Notes: generated from the sequence alone by a model not told the origin. Counted from the stretch's first letter, positions 1 through 11,602 are shown. The stretch is DNA of 20,000 nucleotides from Chiloscyllium plagiosum (GCF_004010195.1 NC_057719.1:35895852-35915851), one strand, 5' to 3'. Numbers and translations are program-made.

Positions 1-1010
1 GGTTGATGGAAAATATTCAGCCTAGAGACTGGTTACTAGTGGTGTGCCACAAGGATCTGTTTTGGGACCACTGCTGTTTGTCATTTTTATAAATGACTTA
101 GACACAGGCATACGTGGATGGATTAGTAAATTTGCAGATGACATTAAAGTCGTTGGACAGTGTGGAAGAATGTTACTGGTTTCAGGGGAACTTGGATAAA
201 CTGCAGAGTTGGGCAGAGAAGTGGAAAATGGAGTTCAATGCAGCTAAATGTGAGGTGATGCACTTTGGGAAGAATAACAGGAAGGCAGAGTACTAGGTCA
301 ATGGAAAGATTTTTGGTAGTGTGGATGTACAGAGGGATCTTGGAGTCCATGTACAAAGATCCCTGAAAGTTGCCACCCAGGTGGATAGTGCTGTTAAGAA
401 GGCATATGGTGTGTTAGATTTCATTCGTAGAGTTCCGGAGCCGCAATATCATGCTGCAACTATACAAAACGCTGGTGCGGCCACACTTGGAATATTGTGT
501 ACAGTTCTGGTCCCCATATTTCGGGAAGGATGTGGAAGCATTAGAAAAGATGCAGAGGAGATTTATCAGAATGTTGTCTGGTCTGGAAGGAAGGTCTTAT
601 GAGGAAAGGCTGAGAGACTTGAACCTGTTCTCATTGGCAAGAAGAAGGCTAAGAGGGGATTTGATAGAGACATACAAGATGACTAGAGGATTAGATAGGG
701 TAGACAGTGAAAGTCTTTTTCCTAGGATGATGACTTTAGTGTGTACGAGGGGGCATAACTACAAATTGAGGGGTGATAGATTTAAGACAGATGTCAGAGG
801 CAGGTTCTTTACGCAGAGAGAGGTAAGGGCTTAGAATGCCCTACCTGCCAATGTAGTCAACTCAGCCACATTAGGGAGATTTAAACAATCCTTGGATAAG
901 CTCATGGATGATGATGGGATGGTGTAGGGGGATGAGTTGAGAATAGTTCACAGGTTGGCGCAACATCGAGGGCCAAAGGGCCTGTTCTGTGCTGTATTAT
1001 TCTATATTCT
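1..1010 (+). mobile_element. CR1-clade LINE, 3' part of ORF2 (RT and C-terminus) plus 3'UTR, decayed; continues off the left edge
   Basis: Translations show [69 protein letters not shown] and RGHNYKL...FFTQR, with stops and frameshifts. Ends in GGGCCTGTTCTGTGCTGTA followed by a TTCTATATTCTA microsatellite-type tail. Confidence 0.95.
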
Positions 1011-1060
1011 ACTTGCCTGATACAATTCTGCCATTGAAACCTGACAGGTATCCCACATAG

Positions 1061-1170
1061 CACAGGATTCCTGATGAAGGGCTTTTGCCCAAAATGTCGA
1101 TTTTCCTGTTCCTTGGATGCTGCCTGACCTGTGCTTTTCCAGCGCCACTCTAATCTATACACAGGACTCC
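1061..1170 (+). mobile_element. Short Penelope-type repeat with decayed minimal hammerhead ribozyme; coordinates include the flanking direct repeats
   Basis: CTGATGA-A-GGGC-TTTT-GCCC-AAAATGTC (1071-1098), then the family body CTCCT(C/T)GGATGCTGCCTGACCTG-type sequence to CTTTTCCAGC. Flanked by CACAGGATTCC (1061-1071) and CACAGGACTCC (1160-1170). Confidence 0.8.
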
Positions 1171-1202
1171 CTCAACTAAGTGGTAAAATGAAACTCCATA
1201 TG

Positions 1203-1803
1203 CTACTCCTCAGCCCATTGGCCCATCTGATCAAGGTCCCTTTGTACTCTGAGGTAACCTTCTTCGCTGTCCACTACACCTCCAATTTTGGTGTCATCTG
1301 CAAATGTACTAACTATATGTCCTATGTTCACATCCAAATCATCTCTGTGAATGACAAAAAACAATGGACCCAGTACTGATCCTTGTGGCACTCCACTGGT
1401 CACAGGCTCCAGTCTGAAAAACAACCTCCACCACCACCCTTTGTCTTCTACCTTTTGAACCAGTTCTGTATCCAAATGGCTAGTTTTCTCTGTATTCCAT
1501 GTGATTTAACGTTGTTAACCAGTCTACCATAAGGAATCTTGTTGAACGCCTCACTGAAGTCCATGTAGATCACGTCCACTGCTCTGCTTTCATCAATGCT
1601 CTCGTTACTACTTCAAGAAAACCCAGTGAAGTTAGAGAGACATGACTTCCCATGCACAAAGACATGATGACTAACTCTAATCAGTCCATGCCTTTCCAAA
1701 TACATTAATATTCTGTCCCTCAGGATTCCTTCCAACAACTTGCCACCATTGGCATGGGCTCACTGGTCTCTAGTTCTCTGGTATTTCCTTACCACCTTTC
1801 TTA
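1203..1803 (-). mobile_element. CR1-clade LINE internal RT fragment
   Basis: Minus-strand ORF contains [19 protein letters not shown]...STFADDTKIGGVVDSEEGYLRVQRDLDQMGQWAEE. Further 5' it reads VDVIYMDFS (reverse complement of ctgaagtccatgtagatcacgtccac). Confidence 0.92.
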
Positions 1804-1806
1804 ATA

Positions 1807-1870
1807 TTTCCAGCCTTTTTCATCATAATTTCAGATCTCCAGTATCCACAGTACTTTGGTTTGGATTTCA
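1807..1870 (+). mobile_element. 3' tail fragment of the short Penelope-type repeat family
   Basis: TTTCCAGC...TTTCAGATCTCCAGTATCCACAGTACTTTG resembles the tails at 12858-12878 and 12235-12275. Confidence 0.5.
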
Positions 1871-2772
1871 GTCAGATTAATTATCGGTTTGATATGTCAC
1901 ATCTCGCAGTTTTACTTTAGAATAGAACATGGAAAGTGCTGGTAATATTTTTTCCAAACTGGAGGAGGTACAGCCAGGAAAAGTATTTGTATGGACCAAG
2001 GCTTTTGCTACTTCTGTCTGATGAATATAGTCTTGCAGAGTTCAACAATAAGTAATCATGAAATTGTTGTGAATTGGTAAAGATTTAATAAAGCTTTTAA
2101 GCATTCATTAACACAAAAATGTTAAATGTAACCAATTGAAGCTAATGTTATGTAGAATACAGTTCTAGGCACAGTAACAATTAATGTACTTCAGCTCAGC
2201 TTGCATTCAAAGTTATTTAGGATCATTAAATGAGCAATTATATTATCTATATTTTAAGTTTGGGTTTATTTTTAAAGCATGAAGACTCCCTGAGATGCTC
2301 TGCTTTTTAATATTTGCCGATGAATGTTGCAAAATAAACAGAAGGTTAATATTATAAGTATGTTCTGTTCCTTTTGGCAGTGGTTGTACTCTCAAGAATG
2401 TGAAAAAAAGAGATTGAAATTTCTCACAACAAACACAAGTTGAGTTGATCCTTATTATTGCCACTTTGTTTTCTAGTCATAAAGCTGACACCAATGGTGA
2501 GCTAAGTGTTTCGGTCTGACTCCAAAGAATGTCACTTTCCTCTGAAAAAGATAGAAGATGAAGTGCTTTGTTGTAAATGCTTCTGAAAATGAGTTTCCCT
2601 TCCTGTGGTAACTGCAGCTGTTGTTCTTAGGATGTTGATTACATCTGTTATGAAAATGGCTGTACACAATAATAAATATATTATGATAGGAGTATGACCT
2701 AATAACATCTCCATTTTCCCAAAGAAAAAAAATCATTTGGAAAAACTTACCCTTTGGAATTGGGTGAAAAAG

Positions 2773-2888
2773 CAAAGTACAGCAAATACTGGGAATTTGA
2801 ATAAAAACAGATCATGTTTGAAATATAAAACAGTTCAGGAATAATTTGTAAAGAGTTAATGTTTCAGGTTGATGGTCTTTCATCAGAA
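2773..2888 (-). mobile_element. Short Penelope-type repeat with decayed hammerhead motif (minus strand)
   Basis: Reverse complement of 2853-2888 reads TT-CTGATGA-A-AGACC-ATC-AACCT-GAAAC-ATT-AACTC. The rest of the interval is a degenerate family tail. Confidence 0.7.
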
Positions 2889-3486
2889 AGTATTAAGATC
2901 AGGTGCAATGCTGTATTTACAGTTTTCCCAGTTTTTCCTCTCTCCTGAGGTCCATAAAGCGCAACAATTGGGTGGGAGAAGGGAGGAAGGTGTGGGCTGT
3001 GAAGTTAGCATTTGACCTGATTGTGTGTTTCCTGCCTGACGAGTTAGATGAAAATTTTCCAACATTTTCAGGGGTTTGACGAATTGTGGAATACTTTGCA
3101 AGAAATATGTGTGTTAAAATGATGCACTCTGGATAACCAAAAAACTTGTCTTAACTTCACAGTATGTAGTTTTAAAATAAGTGACATTTGGTCTTGTACA
3201 TCTTCAACAGGATATTCAGACCAGGTTCCCTAAACCTACCACTATATTCAACCCTTTCCTTTACTTTTACTCTAACTCTTTCTCCATGTACTTTTCCCTT
3301 ATATCCCTTAGTCTAAGGCTACTGTATGTACTGTGTACTTGATAGTGTTTTCTGCAATGCCTCTGAGATTAGACTCTGTTTTGCAAACATGAATCCTTGA
3401 TTTATTGCAAAACCAGGAATTGCCATTGTAGCCATTGCTGTTAGATAAGAGACAACAGTAAATGAGTGCAATGATTCCCTTTCTGA

Positions 3487-3596
3487 AGTTCTGCAGAAAT
3501 ATCTAATATGACTCAAAACATTAACTCCATTTCTCTCTCCACAGATGCTTCCAGGCATGTTTATTTTTTCCAGAATTTTCTGTTTTTAATATCAGA
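3487..3596 (+). mobile_element. Short Penelope-type repeat, heavily decayed hammerhead motif
   Basis: AGTT-CTGCAGA...GACTC-AAAAC-ATT-AACTC, then ATTTCTCTCTCCACAGATGCT-CCAG...TTTTCTGTTTTT, which aligns by eye with 12157-12256. Confidence 0.7.
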
Positions 3597-6330
3597 ATCC
3601 CTTTTAGGATCCCTTGGACAGTAATATCAGCTGTTTCAAAACAAAGTCAAATTAAACAGTTGATCTGCCACACAGGATGTAATACATGTACCCATCATCA
3701 TACTCTGCACACTCTTAGCTGCATGGAAACAGAAATGAAACCAGATTGATTCTTTGTCATTGAGCTGAATGTAAGCAATGAAGTGAACAAATGCATGGCT
3801 CTTTCATGTAAAATAAAAATGGCAGGACGTATGGTTGTATAGCAAATGCCATCATTATTTTTCATTACTAGAATTACTAGAGCTGGATTCCATTTGCTAT
3901 AACCTACTTTAGGAACAAGAATAGGCCACTCAGCCCTTCAAGCCTGCTCTGCCATTCAATCAGATCATGGCTGACATGATTTTGAACTCCATTCCACATT
4001 CCTGCACATCCCTTTCATCCTATTGATAAGCAAGAATCCATTTATTTCTGCTTTAAAAACACTTAAAGATTTTTCATCTACTGTCTTTTAAGGAAGGGAA
4101 TTCCAAAGACTCAAAACCCTCAGAGAATTTTTCTTCTCTCTCCTTCGTCTTAAATGAGCAACGCTTTATTTTTAAACTTTGATCCCTAGGTTCTAGACTC
4201 TCCTTAAAAAAGGAAACATATATTTTTCACATCCACCTTGTTGAGCCCCCTCAGGATCTTACAGGTTTCAGTTAAGTTACTTCTGATGTTTCTGAACTCC
4301 ACAGAATACAGGTCAATCCTGTTTTGCTTTTCATCAGAAAGCAATCCTCTCATTCCAGGTATTAGTCTAGTAAACCTTCTCTGAAATGCATTCAATCAAT
4401 TACTATTCTTCTGTAAGTATGGTGACCTGTACTATACACATTACACCAAAAATGGTCTCACCATTGCCCTGTATAACTGAAGCATATCCCTCCTGCTCTT
4501 GCATTCAATTCCCTTGTAATTAAACATAACATTCTAATAGTTTTCCGGATTACTTGCTGCACCTGTATAACAACCTTCTGTGATTCATGCACTAGGACAC
4601 CCAGATCTCTCTGCAATTTCTCACCATTTAGATAATTGACAATTTCACATTTTCCCACATTGTGTTCCATTTTCATGATCCTTGCCCGCACACTTAACCT
4701 ACTTATATCCTCTCCACAGCTCACCTTCCTATCTATCTTTTGTCATCAGCAAAAGTAGCTGCCATACCTTTGGTCACTTCATCCAAATCCTTTATATAAA
4801 TTGTAAAGAGGTGAGGGCCCAACCACATGTGACAACTTGCCAGCCTAAAAAAAGACCCATTTATTCCTATTCTCTGCTTCCTGTTAGCCAGCCAATCTTT
4901 TATCCATGCAAATGTGTTACCGCCTGCACCAGCAGCTTTTGTTTTATGTTTTAACCTTTGATATGGCACTTTATCAAATGCCTTCTAGAAATCTAAGTAC
5001 AATACATCCACTGGTTCCTCTTTATCCACAGCACAAGTTACTTCTTCAAAGGACATCAATAAATTAATTAAACGTGCTTTCTGTTTGACTAAATTATTTT
5101 GGCTGTACCTTGAACATAACCAAGCACACTGTAATGAGACTTTAATAATAGCTTCTAACATTTTCCCTTTGTCAGATGTTAAGCTAACTGATCTGTCTTC
5201 TCCTGATTTCTGTCTCCCTATCTTTTTGAAAAAGAGTTACATTAGCTATTTTTCAATATAAAAGAGCCTTTCCCAAATCCAATGAGTTTTGGAAAATTAA
5301 AATGATGCATCAATTATCTGACCAGGTACCTTTTTTTAAGACCCTAGGATAAAATCCATCAGGACCCAGGGGCTTGTCAATTGTAGTCTCAAGAATTTAC
5401 TCCATACTACTTCCATGATAATTGTAATTTTCTTGAGTTGCTCCTACCTTCCAATTCTTGATTTATAGCTATTTCCAGGATGTTACTTGTATCAATTCAT
5501 CTGACATCTCTTTATCCTCCATTACTAATTCCCCAGAGTCATGTTCTATAGGACCAGATATATTTTGTAATTATTTTCTTTTTTAAGTATCTGAAGAAAC
5601 TTTTCCCATCTGTATTGATATTCTTGGCTAACTTTCTCTCATACTCTAAATTCTCTCTCCTTATTAATCTTCTAGTAGTTCTTTACTGTTTTCTACATTC
5701 TGTCTGATCTTCTGACAATTACATGTGTATTTTCTTTGAGTTTGATACTAGTCTTGATTTTTTAAAATAAACCACAGATGGTTGGTCCATCTCTTAGAAT
5801 TTTCTTATGTATTGGAATGTATCTTTCTGAGCTTCCTGGAATATTCCTTTAAATGTTTGCTACCATATCTCTAATGACCTATCCCTTAACCTAAATTGCC
5901 AACTCACTTTCAATTGCTCTGTTTTCTCATAACTGCCCTTAAATTTAAAATAGTAACTTTGGATCTACACCTACCCCCTAAACTGAAAGTAAAATTCAAT
6001 AATATTATGATTGCTACTACACAGGGATGCTTTTACTATGAGGTCAGTAATGAATCCTACCTCATTGGTCAAAACAGTCTTGTATAGTCTGCTGTCTGGT
6101 TGGTGACATAATGTTTGTTTAAAAAATTGTCTTGAAAACATTAATTTCTCATATAGACTTGGTTTTCCTCTCTGATTTTTCCAGTCTATATGTAGTTTAA
6201 AATTCCCCATGATAATTGCTGCAGTCTTCAGACAGACTCACATTATCCCTTCCTTGATACCCTTTCCTAGTTTGGTGCCTAGCTCCTCATACTGGCTATG
6301 CAGAACCTCATTCCTATCTATGCACAACTC

Positions 6331-6628
6331 AATAATGAGAGTCAAGCTTTCAAGATGAGAGGTGGAAAGTTTAAGGGGTATACACATGGAAAGTACTTCA
6401 CACAGAGGGTGGTGGGCATTTGGAACACGTTGCCAGCAGAGGTGGTAGAGGCAGGCATGGTAGATTCATTTAAGATGCGTCTGGACAAATGCATGAGTTG
6501 GTGGGGAGCAGAGGGATACAGATGCTTAAGAATTGACAACAGGTTTAGACCGGACATTTGGATTGGCTCAGGCTTGGAGGGCTGAAGGGCCTGTTCCTGG
6601 GCTGTAAATTTTCTTTGTTCTTTGTTCT
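6331..6628 (+). mobile_element. 5'-truncated CR1 3' end inserted in the opposite orientation into the older CR1
   Basis: FKMRGGKFKG...YFTQRVVGIWNTLP...FKMRLDK, followed by a 3'UTR ending in (TTCTTTG)n at 6611-6628. Short AACTC direct repeats at 6326-6330 and 6629-6633. Confidence 0.9.
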
Positions 6629-8065
6629 AACTCCTACAAGTGACTTCTTGCCTCTATAATTCCTCATCTCTACCCTGAGTGCTTCTACATTGTGGATTCT
6701 TGAATTAAGGCCATCCTTCCCGATCTTCCCTCACATCATTTTTAATTAACAGAGCGACTCCTCCATATGTTCTTAGCTTACTATCCTTTCTAAATAGCAC
6801 ATCCGATTCAATATTCAGATCACAATCTAGCTTATCCTGCAGCCCTGTCTTAGTTATGGTCACTAGATCATACCTATTTATTTCAATTTGTATTACTAGT
6901 TCATCTGTTTTGTTTGAATGCTATGTACGTTCAATACATTGCCTAAAGATTTGTCCCTTTGTTATTTTTGAGACTTTTGGTTTTATGTGCTGATTTGCTG
7001 TCTGATCTACATTCTCTGTCCCTTCCAGTTATTGTCCTGTAATTTCCTATATTAATTCCATCCTCTGTTGTATTATTCTTACTTTTTGATTCTTCATAAA
7101 TTTCCAAATTTGGGCCTCTGCCCTCACTATTTAGTTTAAAACCTGTTTTACTTCCCTAGTTACATGGTTTACAAGAATACCAGCCCACTAATGTTCAGAT
7201 AAATACCATCCCAATAGGACAGATCTCACTTTTCCCACTATTGGTACCAGAGCCCTATGAGCGAGAACCCACCTCTCCCATACTAGTCTTACAGCCACCT
7301 GCTCATCTCTCTAACTTTGCTTACCCTGTGCCAATTTGCACATAGTCCAGATAATAATCCAGATATTGTTACCCTTATTGTTCTGCTTCTTAACTAAGTG
7401 CTTAGCTCCTCATACTGGCTATGCAGAACCTCATTCCTAGTTCAATTCATGTCATTGATGCCTACATGGACTCTGACAATTGGCTCGTCCCCGCCTCCAT
7501 TCCCATTGCAAACAGTTCTCCAGACCAGTGCAGATATTCTAAACCCTGGCAATGGGCAGACAATGCAGCCTTCTGGACTTACACCATTCTCTGCAACAAA
7601 GTATGTGAAGTCCCCTGACTGAGCTGTCCCTACTACCATTTTATTTCTCTTGACTCCCTGATTGAATACCTTCATGTACCACAGTGCCATGAACATTTAG
7701 CTCATTCACCCCACACACCAGCCCCCGCTCTCATCCAAACAATCTGAGAGAACCCCACACCTGTTGGACAATTGCAGAGGCTGACACCCCTGCACTCCTG
7801 TCCTCTGGGTCCCCTTACCTGCAGTGATACCCTTCTGTCCCTGACCACTGACCACAGCAGAACATTCTATCCTAAGAGGTGTGACTTCCTCTTGGTACAA
7901 AGAATCCAGGTAACTTTCCCCCTCCTTGATGCTCAGCCTCCAACTCATAAACTATGAGCCAAAGCTGCTCCAACTTCAAACACTTATCATGGATATGTTT
8001 GCCTTGGACCACAATGGTATCCTGGAGTTCTCACATACTGCAACTTTTGACACACTATTGGAACT

Positions 8066-8205
8066 AGGAGAAAGTGAGGACTGTAGATGCTGGAGATCAG
8101 AGTCAAAAAGTGTGGCACTGGAAAAGTACAGTTCGAAATGTTGACTCTCCTGCTCCTCAGATGCTGCCTGACTTGCTGTGCTTTTCCAGTGCTACGCTTT
8201 TTGAC
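8066..8205. mobile_element. Short Penelope-type repeat with an inverted 5' arm; hammerhead core deleted
   Basis: Left part (AGGAGAAAGTGAGGACTGTAGATGCTGGAGATCAGAGTC...GGAAAAGTACAG) is the reverse complement of the family tail. Right part starts CGAAATGTTGACTCTCC. Flanks are ACTATTGGAACT (8054-8065) and ATTACTGGAACT (8206-8217). Confidence 0.85.
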
Positions 8206-9157
8206 ATTACTGGAACTGCCATTTTTAACAATTTGTTAATTAATTAGTTATGTTATTCACTTCTTTGTTTTGTTTTGTATGTACTATCTTAACTTTACAA
8301 CCAATATGTATATTATGTTAAAACATAAAAATAGAATAGTCTTTAACCAATTTAGCAGATACTCACCACACAGCCAGCTCCTTTTCCATGTAGTGAAGCA
8401 AGAAACAATTTCTATCAATCAGCTCTCTTCTTTAGTTCATGGATATTTCCCAAACCCACATACTTTGTTCTAACATCTTAGATGATTGGCTGTAAAAGTA
8501 CTTGCCAATACTTGCAAATCTGTTTGGTTATATTTTTGTTTTACTTAATTATATTTGATCTTAATAAGGTGCGTAATCACAGCTCTTCCTAAAATAAAGT
8601 GGAATCTCAGGATTCAGCCAGATCCTATAGAGCAGGTGCACATAATGTACACACATTTTCCAGTGATAAAATTAATACAATATAGTTTGCAATAGTTTAA
8701 AACCTCCAAATGTTCTTCATATTGAAGAAGTTTAACTACTTAGTTACAGTGACTGGGAATGATTTCCTGTAATGACAATCCAATCCTTTTCCCAATTGGA
8801 GCATAAAATGGGCCATTTAAAATCAATTTGTTTTAATAGTGATAGGATAAGAGTGACTGTCAACTCTGGCTTGAAGTGAAATGAATTTCTAGAAATCTGC
8901 CTGTTTACAGTTCCAGTTTTATTGATTGTGACTTTCTATCATTTAAATTTTATTAATAAAATTAACTTGTTATACATATTTAAGTTAATTAATGATTACC
9001 AAGATATTTCAGTGTAGCTTCTTTTATCTGAGTGTATTGTTAGGAAGATGAGGTACCATATGAAATTATTACCATAGGAGGTATGTCATTCATTTAGATA
9101 TTCCACATAAAAACTTTTTAAAAATACTTTCCTGTCAAAGATTATTTCCATTGAGAG

Positions 9158-9228
9158 GCTGAGTCATACAGTCCAGGAATGTCCTAGGTTTATTCTCTGG
9201 TTCTGCACTGAATTAACTGATATTATCT
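9158..9228 (+). mobile_element. Degenerate ancient tRNA-derived SINE head (AmnSINE2-like)
   Basis: GCTGAGTCATACAGTCCAGGAATGTCCTAGGTTTATTCTCTGG resembles, from memory, the CTGAGCCATACAGACCAGG..GTCCCAGGTTCAATCCCTGG head with a B-box. Not checked against a database. Confidence 0.45.
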
Positions 9229-11048
9229 GCTTTAGGAATTTAATTGCCCACCTCTGTTTACTTCATTGTAAAATAAAAAGTGCAAACTTTTATATTTAAT
9301 GTATATTAAATGATCTAACATGGCATTGCTTCCAGGGAATCAAACCCATGTGGAATTTAAATGATTTAATGTTAGAAGGTAGGGAATAATTGGGCTGGGT
9401 TTAGAGGAAACTCTGTGATACTAGACACTAGGAAGGTATAGTAGAGAAAGAAAAGTGGACAGTGCAGACAAAAGAAAAATGGGGAAAGTCAGTAATTGGG
9501 AGAGGAAAGAAAAACTATGGTTATAAAGGGTAGGGTTGGAAATTAGGTAGGGGAGAATGGCAATTGGAAATGTGGAGAAACTGAGCATATTTATAAGGAC
9601 CAATAGTTTAAGACTTTGTCGGGATATTGTTGCTTTGCTAAGAGTCAATAGAGCACTAGTGGCTGAAAAAGGTGAATCAATGACCACAATGAGATATGCA
9701 GCAGGGCTACATCCCAGGAGAAGAGACAACTTTGTGGGAATGAATGGCATTAACATTGTAAGCTTAGCAACAGAAATGAAATAAAAGGGGAAGGAAAGCC
9801 AATGAACTACAAATGGAGGCAGAGGAGGGTGGAAAGGAGAAAAGGGAAGAGCAGGGATGGGAAAAGTGAAGCGAAGGACAGAGAGGGAAAGGGAGAAGTA
9901 GACAACAGCAATGGAGTAGTAGAGTGTTGTGCAGAGGGAAGTGAATGGAGAAGACATTATTATTCAACTGTTAAATGACAAATTAATTGACAAAATATTG
10001 AATATGAAATAGAAATTAACCAGATGTATGGATTAGCAAGGTCAGGGATCAGCAATATATGAGCGTCTGAAAATGGGCTGTTGTAGCAATGACAAATGAA
10101 GCAAGGTCAAACTGAAACAGAAGTGTTTGAGAATAGATTTTGGAATTTTCTGAAAATGTAATGGGATGATGGCAACAGGCCACAAGATGACTGAGCAGGG
10201 ACGTAGACCTGAGTATTGGACTTAAAACACTGATCAGTAGAACTGTAATCCAGGCATATCTGTGAATGGACTGGCAACATACAAACAAATCATGTAGTAT
10301 TAGTAAATGATATCAAAGGTCTTTCGATTGGCTAATCAGTGGGTAAGTGGAAACCACCAGTCACAAGCACAGACCCACAAAGTTGCAAGCAGACCATTGC
10401 AACAGGAAGAGTTGAAAGGCACTATGGGTACAAATGTGAGGCCATAAATTGACACAAAAGAACAGTCAAAGACATATCTTTAAAATATTACATTTCTTAT
10501 GTATGTTTGCATTTCTTTCCCCTGATGTTATATTTCCATTCTAAAGTTAACTTCCACATTTCTGATGGAAACAGCTAATACAAACATCATGCTGTAATTA
10601 CATCCTGCTGTCATCGGTGGTGCTATAGTACCTCAGTTTTGCATCACTAGTAACTACAGGGAGGCTGCTCTGCTTCAACTAACTTCCTCTCACCTCCTCA
10701 ATCTGGCCTAAATCAGACTTGTTGCTCTTCATTCCTTGTGTGCAACGCCATATTAGTTTGTACACAATACAGAAATATTCAAAAGTTCAAATCTGGAGTT
10801 TAAAGCTAATCAGATTTTCATGAGAAAGCCACTTGCAAATGAGTTTAGGTGGTATTGGAACTGAGGGAGTGAATTATTTCACTAAATTCCACTTCCACCC
10901 TGCAGTGACCAAGTTGTTCAATGACACAGCACGACTATTTTACAACGCGATTAATACATTCACAAAGAGATTTTGATATCGAACTATCAATTCATTAAAA
11001 ACCAGCAGCAGAGGCGAAAAGGTAATCAGAGACGCAATTATTTTTCAG

Positions 11049-11149
11049 GTACGTACAGCTTTGGTCCGACCCCCCAGGAAAGCATGAGGTCAATTTTGGA
11101 CAGAGCATCTGAAGGATATATTGACTTTGCAGAAGGCCCGTACAAAAAG
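11049..11149 (+). CDS. Candidate internal coding exon of an unidentified gene (xTYSFGPTPQESMRSILDRASEGYIDFAEGPYKK)
   Basis: Acceptor TTATTTTTCAG|G and donor AAG|GTACGA bracket an open frame (phase 1 to phase 0). Non-repetitive, with locally retained CpGs in an otherwise CpG-poor region. Protein not recognised. Confidence 0.45.
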
Positions 11150-11268
11150 GTACGACTTTGAAGCTTAAATGTTGATGGCAGATTGCATAAAGTGGTATTC
11201 CCTCGCTTAAGGTCCTTGAGAGGTGATTTTATTAAGGTATTTTAAACGCATAAAGGATTTTTGGTAGA

Positions 11269-11602
11269 ATAGGTACACAGAAACTATTTGGTGACAGACG
11301 GATCAAGAGGACATCATCTTAAAATGAGAGTAAGGCTGTTCGAGAGAGAAGGAAACAAACCTTTAGAATCTTTCACAAAAAAAGGAATTCATTGCGACAG
11401 TTAGCTTTTTATTAGGAAAAGAATAGCGAACAACGGATAGGTACACAGAAACTATTTGGTGACAGACAGATCAAGAGGACATCATCTTAAAATGAGAGTA
11501 AGGCTGTTCGCGAGAGAAGGAAACAAACCTTTAGAATCTTTCACAAAAAAAGGAATTCATTGCGACAGTTAGCTTTTTATTAGGAAAAGAATAGCGAACA
11601 AC
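11269..11602. repeat. Tandem duplication, two copies, period 168 bp
   Basis: 11269-11434 and 11437-11602 differ at only two positions (GACG/GACA and CGAG/CGCG) and are separated by GG. Confidence 0.97.

Larger units (their letters stand above)
3911..8400 (-). mobile_element. Near full-length, old CR1-clade LINE (5'UTR, esterase ORF1, ORF2 EN/RT, 3'UTR) interrupted by later insertions
   Basis: Minus-strand pieces occur in the correct order. ORF1: zinc-finger remnant SCSM near 8040 and esterase motifs CPLPG...VHVGINDM (7442-7560). EN: MGNFKLHIDW...SSNHNIIEF (5971-6210). RT: WIKDWLANRKQRIGING...TFADD (4733-4969) and QRRFTRLIPGMRGL (4204-4395). 3'UTR ends near 3911. The 5' boundary is approximate. 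Confidence 0.9.

Noticed and set aside
2018..2030. CTGATGAA as another hammerhead
   Set aside because: No helix II, no GAAA box and no family tail.
2477..2607. Possible plus-strand exon (TTTGTTTTCTAG acceptor, GTAACT donor)
   Set aside because: All three frames contain stops, and joining MKCFVVNASENEFPFL to the 11049 exon gives an early stop. A non-coding exon cannot be excluded.
9421..9957. 178-aa hydrophobic minus-strand ORF as a membrane protein
   Set aside because: Composition follows from the pyrimidine-rich strand; no recognisable motif or splice context.
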